A stretch of 64,000 nt of DNA from Amphiscolops sp. MND2022 (lineage: Eukaryota): assembly GCA_964187785.1 (NCBI GenBank), contig OZ076409.1, forward strand, positions 9,178,001 through 9,242,000. Direction: 5' to 3'. Numbering within the stretch: the first letter of the stretch is position 1; every line of letters begins with the position of its first letter. A program made the position numbers and the translations under genes. Below are positions 22,900-34,800 of this stretch, one piece after another. The notes under the pieces were generated by a model. It ran no database searches and was not told where the DNA came from. It worked only from the letters and a program-made list of their open reading frames with translations.

Positions 22900-24535
22900 A
22901 GACCGGCCACAATCAGAAGTCATGAAGTAAGATCAACAGGAAGAAAGGAAAGAGGTAGGGAGATAAATAGAAACACAAAAGCCAGGACCCCAACTCCAGG
23001 AAGATCGCCGGGAAGACAGTGAAAATCTCATACACGAGAGAGGTTTCCAAAAACTGATCGAGAAGTGGGATTCCGAGATGGTTGTTGTCGTATCTGCGGG
23101 CATAGTGGACACTGGGCGAGAGATTGATTGCAAAAACTCTTTCAGGTGTGGTAGTTCAGAGCATTTTAAAAACGATTGTCCGTTTTTAAACCAAGACAGG
23201 CTAAGGTGGAAAAATCTTCACCTTTGCCTAACTGTAACATGGCCATGATGGGAGTAACAGCCAACGAAATAACAGGAAAACTCAAGCTATGTATATGACA
23301 TTCCTCGTCAAGGGAAAATGACGAAGGCACTAGTAGACGGCGGAATTAGCGTCTCATTAATCAGAATCAGTTGGGCTTAAATAAACACACAGGGTTTCAG
23401 TGGAGAAACGGAGAAGTACAATGGAAAAAAATAACAGCAAATAAAACACAGCTATCAGTGGAAGGAAAAGCAGAGCTGATTGTGCAATTAGAAAAGAGTT
23501 CACCCGAGTTTCGGGTTGGTTTTCTGATATCATCAGTGGATATTTTCGATTTCCTTTTGACGCTGGATTTTTTCACAGAATTCGATTGTATTTTGTATAA
23601 CAAACGGAAATATTTTTTACGCGGGAAGAAATCTAAGACCTTGGAATTGAAGTCAAGCTTGCAAAACCTTGGTACCATGTTTTTAATTGTCGGCCCAACA
23701 CAAATTATACCTTCAAGAAGCGAAAAATTGATTCAATGTGAAGTACGGGAGGCATACCAGGAGGCAACAGGGTTATGGGTAGCACAGTCACTGTTGAAAG
23801 ACAGTGAAGGAATTCGTTGGGTACAATTTTTAAATATCCAGGACGAGGATATTCCGGTAACTTGGAAGAAGCGGAACTTTAGCAACAAGTTTTTTCACTT
23901 CAAGCAGGAAAATCAGCTAGAATTTTCACTAAACGTTTCAACTTGGAAAAACGCGTAAACATTAACAGTGTTCATTTGACAAGAGAACAACTGGACGCGG
24001 TAAAAAGTCTGTGCCAAAAGTACGAGAAAAATTTTTCGGAAAACTGGAAAGATTTAGGAATTACCAATCAAATAGAACATCAAATCAAGCTCAAACCAAA
24101 CGCTCAGACGTTTCGTAGAGCGTACGAAAACATGCGTTTTGACAAACGCAAAATCATGAAAAAAATTGTGGAAGGATTAGCGAATGCTGATCTAATAACA
24201 CCACCCCATTCGGACTGGGCAGCACCTAGTATTTTGGTTCCAAAGTAAAACGGAACGTACCGTCTTGTGTTAGGCTACCGTGGACTCAACAAACAAATAG
24301 AGAAGACATGTTGGCCGCTGCCTAGAATCAACGACGTGGATGATTCCCTTGTTGGGAACATATTTTTCTCGAGCATTCACTTGACATCGGGATACTTTCA
24401 ATTGGCTCTGAAAGAGAACAGTCAGAATCTAACCACCTTCATCACGCCTATGGGCCTCTACAAATGGAAGCGGTTACCATGGACTCGCTTCTGTGCCAGG
24501 GGCTTTTCAAAACTTGATGGAGTTGATTTTCAGTG
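22900..24535 (+). pseudogene. Decayed gag (two zinc knuckles), protease and N-terminal RT of element B1
   Basis: CRICGHSGHWARDC and FRCGSSEHFKNDC at about 23086-23180, KALVDGGISVSLI at about 23325, and WAAPSILVPK, YRGLNK and WPLPRIND. Confidence 0.88.
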
Positions 24536-24539
24536 GGAA

Positions 24540-25317
24540 GCAACCCACCCTGGACAATTGTGCAGTAACGTTCGTGAAAAAGAAAGCTAGGAACGTTCTC
24601 GGTTGGCTGGGCTGGAGTAGGTATGCGTAAACCTGGAACCTTTTGCATTCGTTGAAAGTGAGATTAAAAGAAAATATTGCAGCCTGAAACTGGTGTTTTT
24701 CAAATCAATCAAATCAATTTCGCTGAAGAACAATCGATCATAGAGCATCTATTGCCTCCGCACGAAGATGCTGACGTGGAGGCTTTTGGGGTGTTGAAAA
24801 TGCTCCAATCAGTGCCCTTGGCGCTCCAGCGTGAAGTTTTAGATCTGTCTTCTGTTTGGCTGCTCTTTGACGAAGCAGAGAGGAAGTTTCCTTCCCTGGA
24901 TCATGGCGGAAAATACCCAGAAAAGGACGCAGCAATCAAAAAACAGTTCGTTTTGAATGCGGTGTTTCGAAAATTACCCAGAGCAGAGAAAGTGATTTGT
25001 CAGTTGTGGAGAAACTAACCTGAGGAAGACTCTGTAAACGCCCAGATGACGACGAAAACGACTGTTCAGTGCAGTCTGTCAGTGAAGTGTTTGCAACAGC
25101 CATTCTCAAAGAACAATTCGAGAGGGCCTGTGGACAACTGAATTTGGAGCTCCTGAAACCAACAAGCAGGGTATCGGAGAGGTCCTTAAGCTCCGCTGGA
25201 TTTACCATGAATGGGAGAAGACAAAGTTTGACACCTGTTCAAATAGAACAACAGCTTTTCCTCAAAGTGAATAGGAATTACTGGGACATCAGCACCGTGA
25301 TTAATTGTTTTGAATGA
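24540..25317 (+). pseudogene. hAT transposase 3' remnant (C-terminal dimerisation domain)
   Basis: PTSRVSERSLSSAG...RRQSLTP...EQQLFLKVN in ORF 25069..25317. A possible CCCTG TIR end lies at 30910-30914, beyond element B2. Confidence 0.78.
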
Positions 25318-25457
25318 GTGATCATTCGTTCTGAATACTTAACGTGTTGATGATATCCTTATTTTTTGCCAATCTTTGCAATAATTTCTATTTTTGACTG
25401 GTAAAAAACCAGTGATCAAATAATTGCTTGGATTATTTTTTTCAGACCAATTAATTG

Positions 25458-25881
25458 TATAGAAAACCTATATAAGGAAATATTTAAAAAAAGATATAAC
25501 GTCATACGTTCAGACAGATTTACGATGAGAAACAAAATATTGTTATCAGACATATCAAAATAGGGTTGTCGGGGTTCGACAATCTTAGGTAAACCGACTG
25601 TCGGGGTTCGATAGTAAAAACCACTGTAAAGAAGCAACTGTCGAGTGTCGACGGATCGCATTGGGAAAATATAAAGACATTCGGAAAATGGCTGGCTTCG
25701 CCAAACTATGGCAAAGATAAAGGGTTTATAAGCGATATGAGAAGTTGACCATTCGCGTTTTGCCTTTTGTCAATTTCATTGAGCTATATTGACTGAATAC
25801 TATCACAAATTGAAATAAACACGTCTTCAAAACATTAACCTAACTCTTTTTTATCTACGTCTTCATAAAGAGGACGTTACA
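25458..25881 (+). repeat. 5' LTR of B2
   Basis: TATAGAAAACC...GGACGTTACA, homologous to 77-430/1443-1473 and to 30449-30886. Confidence 0.9.
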
Positions 25882-26114
25882 GTGGTGACAAGGGTTCTGA
25901 AACCCACAAACCACAAAATCTCAAAAATCATCATCTGAAATATTCTACGCCGAAATTTTTTTGCTCTCTTCAAAAATACTCTTCAACGTCAGGCATTTCA
26001 AATAGTGCCAGACCCGAGACTACGATCCAGACAACAAAAGTTAGTAATTTTTGGACTCTACGTAGTGGAATTACCGTATGTCTGAGACTCCACTAAAGAT
26101 TATCGAACTCGAGC

Positions 26115-28723
26115 AACAAGTTTTTTTCATTTGAAGAAAAAAAACAGCTGAACGTTTCAACTTCGAAAAGCACGTAAACATTAACAGTGTTCATTTGACA
26201 AAAGAGATCAACTGGAGGCGGTTAACAGTCTCTGCCAAAAGTACGATAAAATGTTTTCAAAAACGCGAATGATTTAGGAATTAACAATCAAACGGAACAT
26301 CAAATCAAGCTCAAACCAAACGCTCAGTCGTTTCGTAGAGCGAATGAAAACATGAGTTTTGACAAACGCAAAACCTTGAAAAAAATTGTCGAAGGATTAC
26401 CGGAAGCTGATCTAATAACACCAACCCATTCGGAGGGACAGAACCTAGTATTTTGGTTCCAAGGAAAGCCGGAACGTACTGACTTGTCGTACACTACCGT
26501 GGACTGAACAAACAAATAGAGAAGACATGTTAGCCGCTGCCTAGAATCAACGACATGATTGATTTCCTTGAAGGGAACATGTTTTTCTCGAGCATTGATT
26601 TGACATCGGGATACTTTCAAATGGCTCTGGAAGAGAACAGTCAGAATCTTACCGCCTTCTTCACGCCTTTGGGTCTCTACAAATGGAAGCGGTTACACAG
26701 AGGCTTTTCAAATCTTGATGGAGCTAATTTTCAGCGGTTTATCATACAAAGTAGCAATTGTTCACGTTGATGATATTATCGTGTTTAGTAAAAACATTGA
26801 AGAGCACCTTGAAGAAAGAATGGAGCATATTATCGAAAGACTGGAGAAACGTGGATAGAAAATCAAAGGATCAAAGTGCAACTTTTTTCAAAAAAAAAGA
26901 ATATGTTTTTTGGGCCACGTCATCTCGGATAAAGGAGTGAGAGTGAACCAAGAGAAAGTCAAAGCAGTAGAGAAAATGAAAGCACCCACCAGTTTAAAGG
27001 AAGTGAGGGCAGTTTTGGGATTAGTACGGTTTTAAAAGAAGTTTATTCCGGGTTTCGGAAAAACTTCAGAACCTCTAAATAACCTTTTCAAAAAAGAGAA
27101 AAAGTTCGTCGGGACCAACGAATGTGAAAGCGCTCTGAAAAAATTGAAATACAAACTATTGAAAGAACTTATCGTGGGTATCCCAACAGCCGACATGATT
27201 TTACGCTAACTACAGACGCCTCTTTGACAGACTTGATGCCATTTTGACACAGAAACGCAACGGGGTGGATGGAGAAATTGCATATGCCACAAAACACTCA
27301 ATTGGAGCCAAAGAAAATACTCAGCAACAAAAAGGAAATTTCTAGCGGTTGTGAAATTCACAAATCATTTCCAAACGTATCAGTTGGGGCGCGAATTTGT
27401 TATTGTAACCGACCATCTGGCTTTGTTTGGTTGTACAGTTTCAAGGAACCTTAAGGTATGATTTCAAGGTGGTTATAGAAATTGGGACAGTTTGACTTCG
27501 AAATAAAACACAACGCAGGAAAAGCCATCCCACTTGCGGACCGTTTATGAAGAGTTTAATCTAAAGGAGAGGAAACAAGAGCTTTTATCGCTGCATTTAC
27601 ATTTGAAGAAAACGTTCAAGAACAACCGAAGACCCCTTGGATGTTACTCCAGGGACAGCAGAAATAATCACAGGAAGCAGCAAGAGGATAAAAATCTGGC
27701 GAAAGTCTTCGCGTGGCTCAAAGATAAACAGCGCCCTGACCGACGGAGCATGTCCTTGGCGTCTAAAGGATTACGGAAGTATTGGGTCGATTTCAAGAAT
27801 TTTGCTGTCATGGATGGAATTATATATCGAAAAAAAGCAGGAAATGTCAGGAACTGCTGTGCTGCAACTAGCAGTTGCTGCGTCTCAGGTTCCACACATT
27901 TTACCATAACTGGACGAGTCTCTGTGTACGAGCCACCTGGGAATCGAGAAATCACAGAGCGCAAGAACAATTATTTAGCCAGGCATGAAAATAGACGTCA
28001 GAGAATGGGATAACAGTTGTAGTGAGTGTCTTAAAAAGAAAGAAAAACCACAATAACATCGCGACAGTCTTACTACATGGCAGGCCAGTCACCCGTTTTG
28101 GCAAGTATCAATGGACGTCATGGGACCTCTTCATGACTCTCAAGGTTGTACATACATTCGCCTAAATGGGGATCAATTCAGAAAGTGATATGAGGCCGTG
28201 GGAATGCCAAACCAAGAAGCCAAAACAGTTGCCGAAGCTCTAGTTGAAAATGGATCACACGTTTTGGGTGCCCTGTCAATCTTCATAGTGATACACCTAA
28301 TGATTCCATATTTAAAACAAAGCGTGAGCTACAGGAGGCATATCATTGGATCAGGATTCAGATGGAAGTAGAACAAACTAGACAGAAGTTCTACTACGAC
28401 TACCGCGCATAATGTACCGAGAAGGACAGCGAGTTCTTGTCTTTTTCTCAACAGTAAAAATGGGAGAAACAAAAAGTTGAGAGCGTTCAACAAAGGACCT
28501 TACGAAAATGTTGAAATTGATAACAGATAGAATCAGATTCAAACAATATAGGTGTAGGGAGCAAACATCTGTCAGAATTAACGAAACTAGGAGACGAAGA
28601 GAGTTGGAGGAAAAATCATTCGTCGAGGAAGTTGGAGATGACTTCATTGAAATTGAAGTCGAGCAAACAAACGAACCGGATAGGGAGGATCATGGACAAC
28701 TTTTCAGAATGAAAACCAGGTGA
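26115..28723 (+). pseudogene. pol: Heavily decayed pol (RT, RNase H, integrase) of B2
   Basis: FSSIDLTSGYFQ, VDDIIVFS (about 26767), FTLTTDAS (about 27200), CSEC, FWQVSMDVMGPL (about 28095), LHSD and KGPYE. Confidence 0.9.
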
Positions 28724-29349
28724 CAGCTGATCCACACAATGACGTTATAACCGTTGAAGAAAAGCCTAACGAGCGACAGTGTAGCGCGTCTTCAGAGAAG
28801 GACGGAAGTAGCAGTAGAGATAACTTCTCGACCGAAACAATTAAACCGAAAAATCAAAACAAAAAATTAAAAACAATCCACCACCTGGCGAAAAAGCAAC
28901 TGTCGCAAAAAGGGTCACCCAGGAGCGCCAAGAGCAGCCGAGGAACATTTTCGAGCTTGAGTTCGACAACAGAGTGCAGCGAGAAAAAATACGGAAAAAT
29001 ACGAGAAAAAAATACGATCCTAGCGCGCCAAAAGATACTGGCGAAGGGTGAGAGAAACAAAGCCAGAGTAACGGAAAAACTTATTAGGAAGCTGAAACAC
29101 AAAAACCTCATCCAACGTCCGTTCACACCCTATGAGATTCTTTCCGCAAAAGATGACGCAGACGTGAATGATATCAAACGTGATTACAAAAAATTAGCTG
29201 ACTTAACTCATCCTGACGCTGATGGATGTGATGAACACTTCAAAACAATCCACAGTGCCTATCTTATTTTGAGTAACCAGAATGCAAGAAACATATACGA
29301 CATATTCAGGTTAGAGGGGGCAGAAAAAAGAGTTAACCCGGAAGGCTAA
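28720..29349 (+). CDS. J-domain (DnaJ/Hsp40-like) protein segment, probably the frameshifted Pol C-terminus
   Basis: TPYEILSAKDDADVNDIKRDYKKLADLTHPDADGCDEHFKTIHSAYLILSNQNARNIYD fits the J-domain pattern, with HPD at 29209-29217. Confidence 0.88.
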   Translation: MTADPHNDVITVEEKPNERQCSASSEKDGSSSRDNFSTETIKPKNQNKKLKTIHHLAKKQLSQKGSPRSAKSSRGTFSSLSSTTECSEKKYGKIREKNTILARQKILAKGERNKARVTEKLIRKLKHKNLIQRPFTPYEILSAKDDADVNDIKRDYKKLADLTHPDADGCDEHFKTIHSAYLILSNQNARNIYDIFRLEGAEKRVNPEG

Positions 29350-29620
29350 TTGGAGCGAATAATTAAAATTAACTGCTAACTTTACAGTTTTTTGTACTTT
29401 TGATTTGTATAAAGAAAAAAATTATAAAAATCCTTTAGACATAATTGTTTAGGTGGGAATCACCTAGAAAGCGGGTATTTAAAGTGTGATCACTCGAAAA
29501 AACGACAAAGTGAGAGTCGCCTGTTGATTGACAGAGTTCGACAAATTCCAGCACTAGCGGGAATACTATACGCACTAGTAATATTACATTTATACGTAAT
29601 TATGGTGCTGATTTTGGTGT

Positions 29621-30330
29621 TTGAGCATGCATTCGTCAGTTGGGGACATCGTCTATTACTTGCCTGAGGTTTTTGTGGTGAAATCTCAAATGCCTTCTGG
29701 AGTGTTCCGGGTGGAAGGACTAGTCAGCAAAACTCGGGAAGTTGCAGCAGCTGACACTCTCTATACAGTGACCCTGGTTAGCACAGCTGAGATTGACGAA
29801 GAAGGACTGTCAGTACTGCGAAACAAAAATGAGGATTTGATGACGGAACGGCATTGTCTTGTTTTTCAGCTGGATGATTTTTTTCAGCTAAGATTCTCAG
29901 TTGGCAGAAGAAAGCAGACATCACTCACGGGCAACTACGTCTCTGGAAAGAAGCAACCAGCCAGCAGCAACATTCCTTGGTTGAGTACAAAGAAACATCG
30001 AAGAAAATGTGGCCACAAGTGGACAGCATTGAGGCTGACAATGCCGCAGCGATAACGGAATCATGGTCTCAAGCAGGAACTGCACTTGAAGCCAGAGAAA
30101 CCTTCAAAATGGGCGACAAGCTAGCGCTGCACTACCAACTTCTGGTGTCGTCCATTGTTTCAGTCGAGGCTATTGCTGAAAGATTTAAAAAACTCAGCCT
30201 GCTCTGCCACCCAGATCATGGAGGCTCCCACAACGTGTTTGTTCGGCTTCAGAGGGCCCACTGAACACTAAGTGACCCCGAGGGAAGACTCCGCTACGAG
30301 GGAGCATCAGAGGAGTTTACCAGTTTTAAA
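29621..30330 (+). pseudogene. Second accessory ORF of B2 with a C-terminal J-domain (frameshift and internal stop)
   Basis: HYQLL...IAERFKKLSLLCHPDHGGSHNVFVRLQRAH*TLSDPEGRLRYE, with HPD at 30208-30216. Confidence 0.82.
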
Positions 30331-30345
30331 AATAACAGCAAAGAC

Positions 30346-30400
30346 TGTTTTTGATGTTTTGCGTGTTTTTGCGTGTTTTTGCGTGTTTTTGATGTTTGTT
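30346..30400. repeat. Short tandem repeat (TTTTTGCGTG)n
   Basis: Three exact decamers plus degenerate flanking units upstream of the PPT. Confidence 0.8.
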
Positions 30401-30448
30401 TGTTTATTTCTTCCAAGCGGCGAATAACTTCTCATTCGCAGGGGGCAA

Positions 30449-30886
30449 TATAGAAAACCTATATAACGAATTTTGGAAAAATTAAAAATGATTAAAGGTG
30501 AAACGTTCAGACCGATTTACGTTGAGAAACAAAATACTGTTAACAGACATATCGGAAAAAGGGTTGTCGCGATTCGACAGTCTTAGGTTAACCGACTGTC
30601 GGGGTTCGACTGTAAGATTTCCATAGTAAAAAAAGCAACTGTCGGGTTTCGACGGATGGCATTGAGAAAATATGAAAACTTTCACAAAACGGCTGGCTTC
30701 GCCAAAGTATGACAAAGATAAAGGGTATATAGGCGATACGAGAAGTTGGCCATTTGCGTTTTGTCTTTTGTCAAGTTCCTTGAGCTATAAATCACATTGA
30801 ATACTTTCTCAAAATAAAAGAAACACATCTTCAAAACATTAAAATAAATCTTTTCATATATACGTTTTCATATAGAGGACGTTACA
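30449..30886 (+). repeat. 3' LTR of B2
   Basis: TATAGAAAACC...GAGGACGTTACA, visibly more diverged from the 5' LTRs than those are from each other. Confidence 0.9.
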
Positions 30887-31689
30887 TATTGCATATAATA
30901 ATTGTCAGGCCCTGCATTGAAGATGTATGTTGGTCACTAATTATCGTCTAGTGCGCTTAAATTTCTAAATTCAACCTCTCCGATGAGCTCTTGATAGATC
31001 GTCGTCATTATTCGAGTGCCGTTTAGGTCATCATGTAGGGGGAGATGACAAACATCTGTGGTAGCAACCAAAAGAAAAACGAAATAAACAAAAAAGCACA
31101 CTAATACAGCCATGCTCTCAGTAGACCGACAGAACCGAAACTACAAACAACTCTCAACCCATGCTGATCGTCGAGTTGCAAATATGAAAGCCAGTCCCGA
31201 CAAACAATACTTTATGTAGTTGTAGTTTATTGGATCAAGTGTTTGTAAACACAAGGGACTACGTCCTCACATTTATCGCGGCCTAGATGCTCATTTTGCG
31301 TTATTCATCGCGCAAGCTTTTTTCCAAATACACTTGTCACTTTCTTTGAAGATGTTGAGACCCTGATAAAAAAGAGTTAGTTTTTCCACTAAGAGATCAC
31401 GGATTTTGTCATCGTTGAAGTGCCATGTGTGTCAACCTGTTGGGGGCGGGAGAAGACACATATCGTGGTCTGCAACGAAAAGAGGAAACCCCATACCAGT
31501 CACTATCCCAATAGACCAGAAACAACAAAAAACAAAGAAACTTCATACCAACCACTATCCCAGCTGAACAGTCGAAACAAGTTTTAAAAAAGCTGCAATG
31601 ATATAAAATACAGGTTTACTATATACAGGTTTGAAAAAAACATCTTTAAAAAATTGTAAATTTCTTCAAACGCATCTGTCGCTACAGTT

Positions 31690-32560
31690 CGTAGAACACA
31701 GGCCCCATTGCCGATCTGCAGGGCCATTGAGAACCGCTCTTTCAAAAAGCTTCCATCTCGTTGATCGTCGTGCGAACGATGGAGAATTGTACAAAGACGC
31801 GTAAAAAAGGTTTCACTGCTCTCGCGTGAAAACCCTTTTTTCCCTGGCCACCGTATGAATTGTCTACCAATTCAAATTTAACACGCTTCATCCACGGTGG
31901 CGGTGGTTCTGGGTTGCAAAAAGAGTCCTTATTCCGGGTGAAAAAGCATCCAGCGACATCCCACACCAGCTGTTACCGCTTTCCCAAGGAATCATGGTAA
32001 CATCGTCTGGAAAATTGCCTTCAGTTCGGTACAGTCGGTACAGTCCACGCGGCCGGCTCGATCAGAGTGCAAGAAAGATCGTGTAACAAGTCCCTTTCAA
32101 CTCTTTTACAACATTGTACGTATGCAAAACTCAAGTGTTGCAATAAACAACGTTCAGCCACTGCGACCCGAATTTGCCTTGATGAGCGTTGAACACTTTT
32201 GAAAGTTTGTCATCCGTTCTAGAAATCAAGGTTTGGGTGATTTAGACAGATCCATTGTTTTCTGGATTCCACCGAGAGTACGTTTCTGTTCATTCGTAAA
32301 TTTCTTTTTTCTCAACAGCCATTTCTCAATCGCTTTTGTGAACAAAGCATCCTCGAAGGTTTTCAAAAAAACCTCTAATTAGTTTTTTCTTCAATTTTGA
32401 ATTTCGTTTGCTCAGTGATATCTACCCTTAGAAACTGTGAGAGCCTGCAAGTTAGGTCGAAGTCATTTTCCAGAGTTTTGTTATTTGACTTATCCAGTTT
32501 TTGAGAAGCGTGAGAAAAAAGAGATGAAAGGTGTTCGAAGCCATTGATAGTCATAGCGTC
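31690..32560 (-). mobile_element. Decayed 3' fragment of a non-LTR retrotransposon with a restriction-like endonuclease (RLE)
   Basis: The minus strand encodes degenerate PRGLYR..G..PD.VTMIPWESG.QLVWDV (about 31950-32060). Homologous to 36570-37330. Boundaries approximate. Confidence 0.65.
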
Positions 32561-32949
32561 CACCTAGTACATTTGTTTACCGATAGTTTGGCTCAAAAGC
32601 ACTTAGCCTAGTTTTTTCCTTGAGTCGTTTGGTTTAACAATAATTAGGGACCACAAAATTAATCCAAGTCCATTCTAACTTAAGCACTGGCTATAGAGAA
32701 CGTATCAAAGACCCAAATTGAATTGAATTTGTACCGAAAAATTCAAGAACCGAAAAAGTTACCAAATGATAAGCATATTTGTTGTATGATTCGTTATGCA
32801 CCCTTCGCCGAGTAGCAACATTGGGGCGTGGCCACATACCACGTTGCGTCGCTTCCCTTCGCTCCTGTATTCAGGGCAATGTGAACATGTGGAGAGTACG
32901 TCATTATAATCATTTCGACAAAGTCTGCTGCGCGTTCTGAACTTATGGA

Positions 32950-34800
32950 TTTTCAGTTAAATACTATTAGGCTAAGTGACCTACCCAAGACGTTTGGCTT
33001 TTTTAAATTTTGTCTTTTCTAGGGATCATCCATTCATCTTCTGTTCTGAGGGGGGTTTCCAGTTGAGAGATAGAATACTTGCTACGGATAACAGGGTGTA
33101 CCTTTAACAAGGATGGTGACAATCATCGATTTCTGTAATTTTAGTTTCGCACTCTACGAAACAAGAGACACGTTTCTTTTAATCATTTGGAAAAAACTGA
33201 TCTCTTCTCCACAAATTTTGTCAATCTGTAAATGCATTTTCAAAACGCCGGAAAAATAAAGACCTATATCAGTTTTTGTTTCCCTTGATGAAAGGATTTC
33301 TTTGGGAAAAATCTATGTCCTCTTGGATAGCTTTCGTGTCTAATTTAAAGCACGAAAGTTTAGCATCATCTGCAAAAACTAGGGGTATACTTCTTTACAG
33401 AGGTTGGGCAAGTCATTTAATGAAATGAGGAAAAAAAGAGGGCTTTGAATCCTGCTTTTTGGCACTTCCAGAAAAAATTCTCTACACGGACTTGTTGTCT
33501 ACGTGAAAGAGGTGATCATGTCAAAGAGTTTTCGTCGAATACCCATTTCGAACTTTTTCTAAACGTAATCAGTGGTCGATTTTGCTGAAAATTTTACTGA
33601 TGTCTGTAAAGAAGACATCAATTTTGCTACTTTTCTCAATCCTTCCATGTATTTTTTGAAGAAAATTAAGTAGATGAATAACTCTCGATCGAGTTTTCCA
33701 GATTTCAAACAGCGAATCATGTAAAAAAGTAGAACAAAAAATAATTTAAAAATAACGTTTCGATAGATTTCCAGACTTATTGGACAGTGATACAGGTCGA
33801 AATTTGACAACTCGAGACTCGCTTCAATTTTTAAACAGGGGAACAAAGATTGCGTGTTTCCACACATCGGAGAGAATTCCTGTTTGCATGATTTTTCGAT
33901 TGATACGAAACAGGGAAAGATAAATATGTTTTCTTGAGTAGTAATTGGGTGCAATGCAGTCCTTTGCTTTTTTGGTTTTCAAATCTTCACGAATAATAAT
34001 AATATTTCACAAACACAATAATTTTTTCAAAAATGTCAAGATTCTGTTAGGTGAAAGAACATTTCGGAAGATGTTCTGGAAAAGTGAACTCTGATGATTT
34101 GATAAACATCGAAAAGAAAACGTTTTCAAAAAGATCAGTTTTCGGTAAGTCGTTATAGGATGATGTCTTTCTGTTTGTCCACTTTCTGAGGAATTTTCGG
34201 AAACGAGATTTTAGCGAATGCGCTAAAATATTCGATTATTGCAGTTGTAATTCGGTCTCCGGCTAGTTTTTCTTGAAACTAAATTTGGCCGCTTCGGCTG
34301 CAGCTTCCATCAGTTGAATGATATATCGAACTTTTGAGTTATTTTATGTTGGGTTCACTTTGGAAGAAACCTTCGCTGGCATAACGTTTCCATGATACCA
34401 GAGTTCCAACATTTTTGTAGGATTTGCCAGCGCAAACTGTCGAATCGGCTTCAATGAATAAGTTTGAAAGATTTAAGAAGTTCCTATTAAATGCAAAGTT
34501 AGTTTTCTTTCGTGGTTGGTGTTTGTGTAATCAAAGAATTGTCAACATTGTAAAAGTTTCCGAGAGGACTGTAGTTCGAGAACTTGTTTTTCGTGAGACA
34601 ATAATTGATTTTTAGTAAAACAATACTTACCATTTTTTTGGTAACCAAAGTAAAGCCCAAAAAGCCGCTAGCAGCAGTGCTGGAATAATATTGTTGTTGG
34701 AATCTCATCCGATGACACGTTGTTTCAATTGATCGAAAGAAAACTGAAGTCTCCAAAATGAATATGCCAGTAAACGTTCGTCTGAGCTGTGAGATATTAT
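32950..34800 (-). mobile_element. Highly decayed LINE (CR1/L2/Jockey-type RT)
   Basis: PLFFLISLNDLPNLC...LVFADDAK at about 33360-33445 (minus) and a CPISL remnant in ORF 33559..33954. Boundaries uncertain. Confidence 0.65.

Larger units (their letters stand above)
77..24535 (+). mobile_element. Gypsy LTR retrotransposon family B, copy 1 (5' half: LTR, PBS, gag, PR, partial RT), interrupted by nested elements
   Basis: The LTR starts TATAGAAAACC at 77 and matches 25458-25881. It is interrupted at 431-1442 and cut at 1473. Its last bases TTACA and a PBS-like GGGGTGACAAGGGTT reappear at 21697. gag, PR and RT remnants lie at 22900-24535, truncated in RT. Confidence 0.85.
25458..30886 (+). mobile_element. 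Gypsy LTR retrotransposon family B, copy 2 (both LTRs; gag and PR deleted; RT-RH-IN plus two J-domain ORFs)
   Basis: LTRs at 25458-25881 and 30449-30886, near-TSD AATTG/TATTG, PBS-like TGGTGACAAGGG at 25883, and PPT AGGGGGCAA before 30449. Confidence 0.92.
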
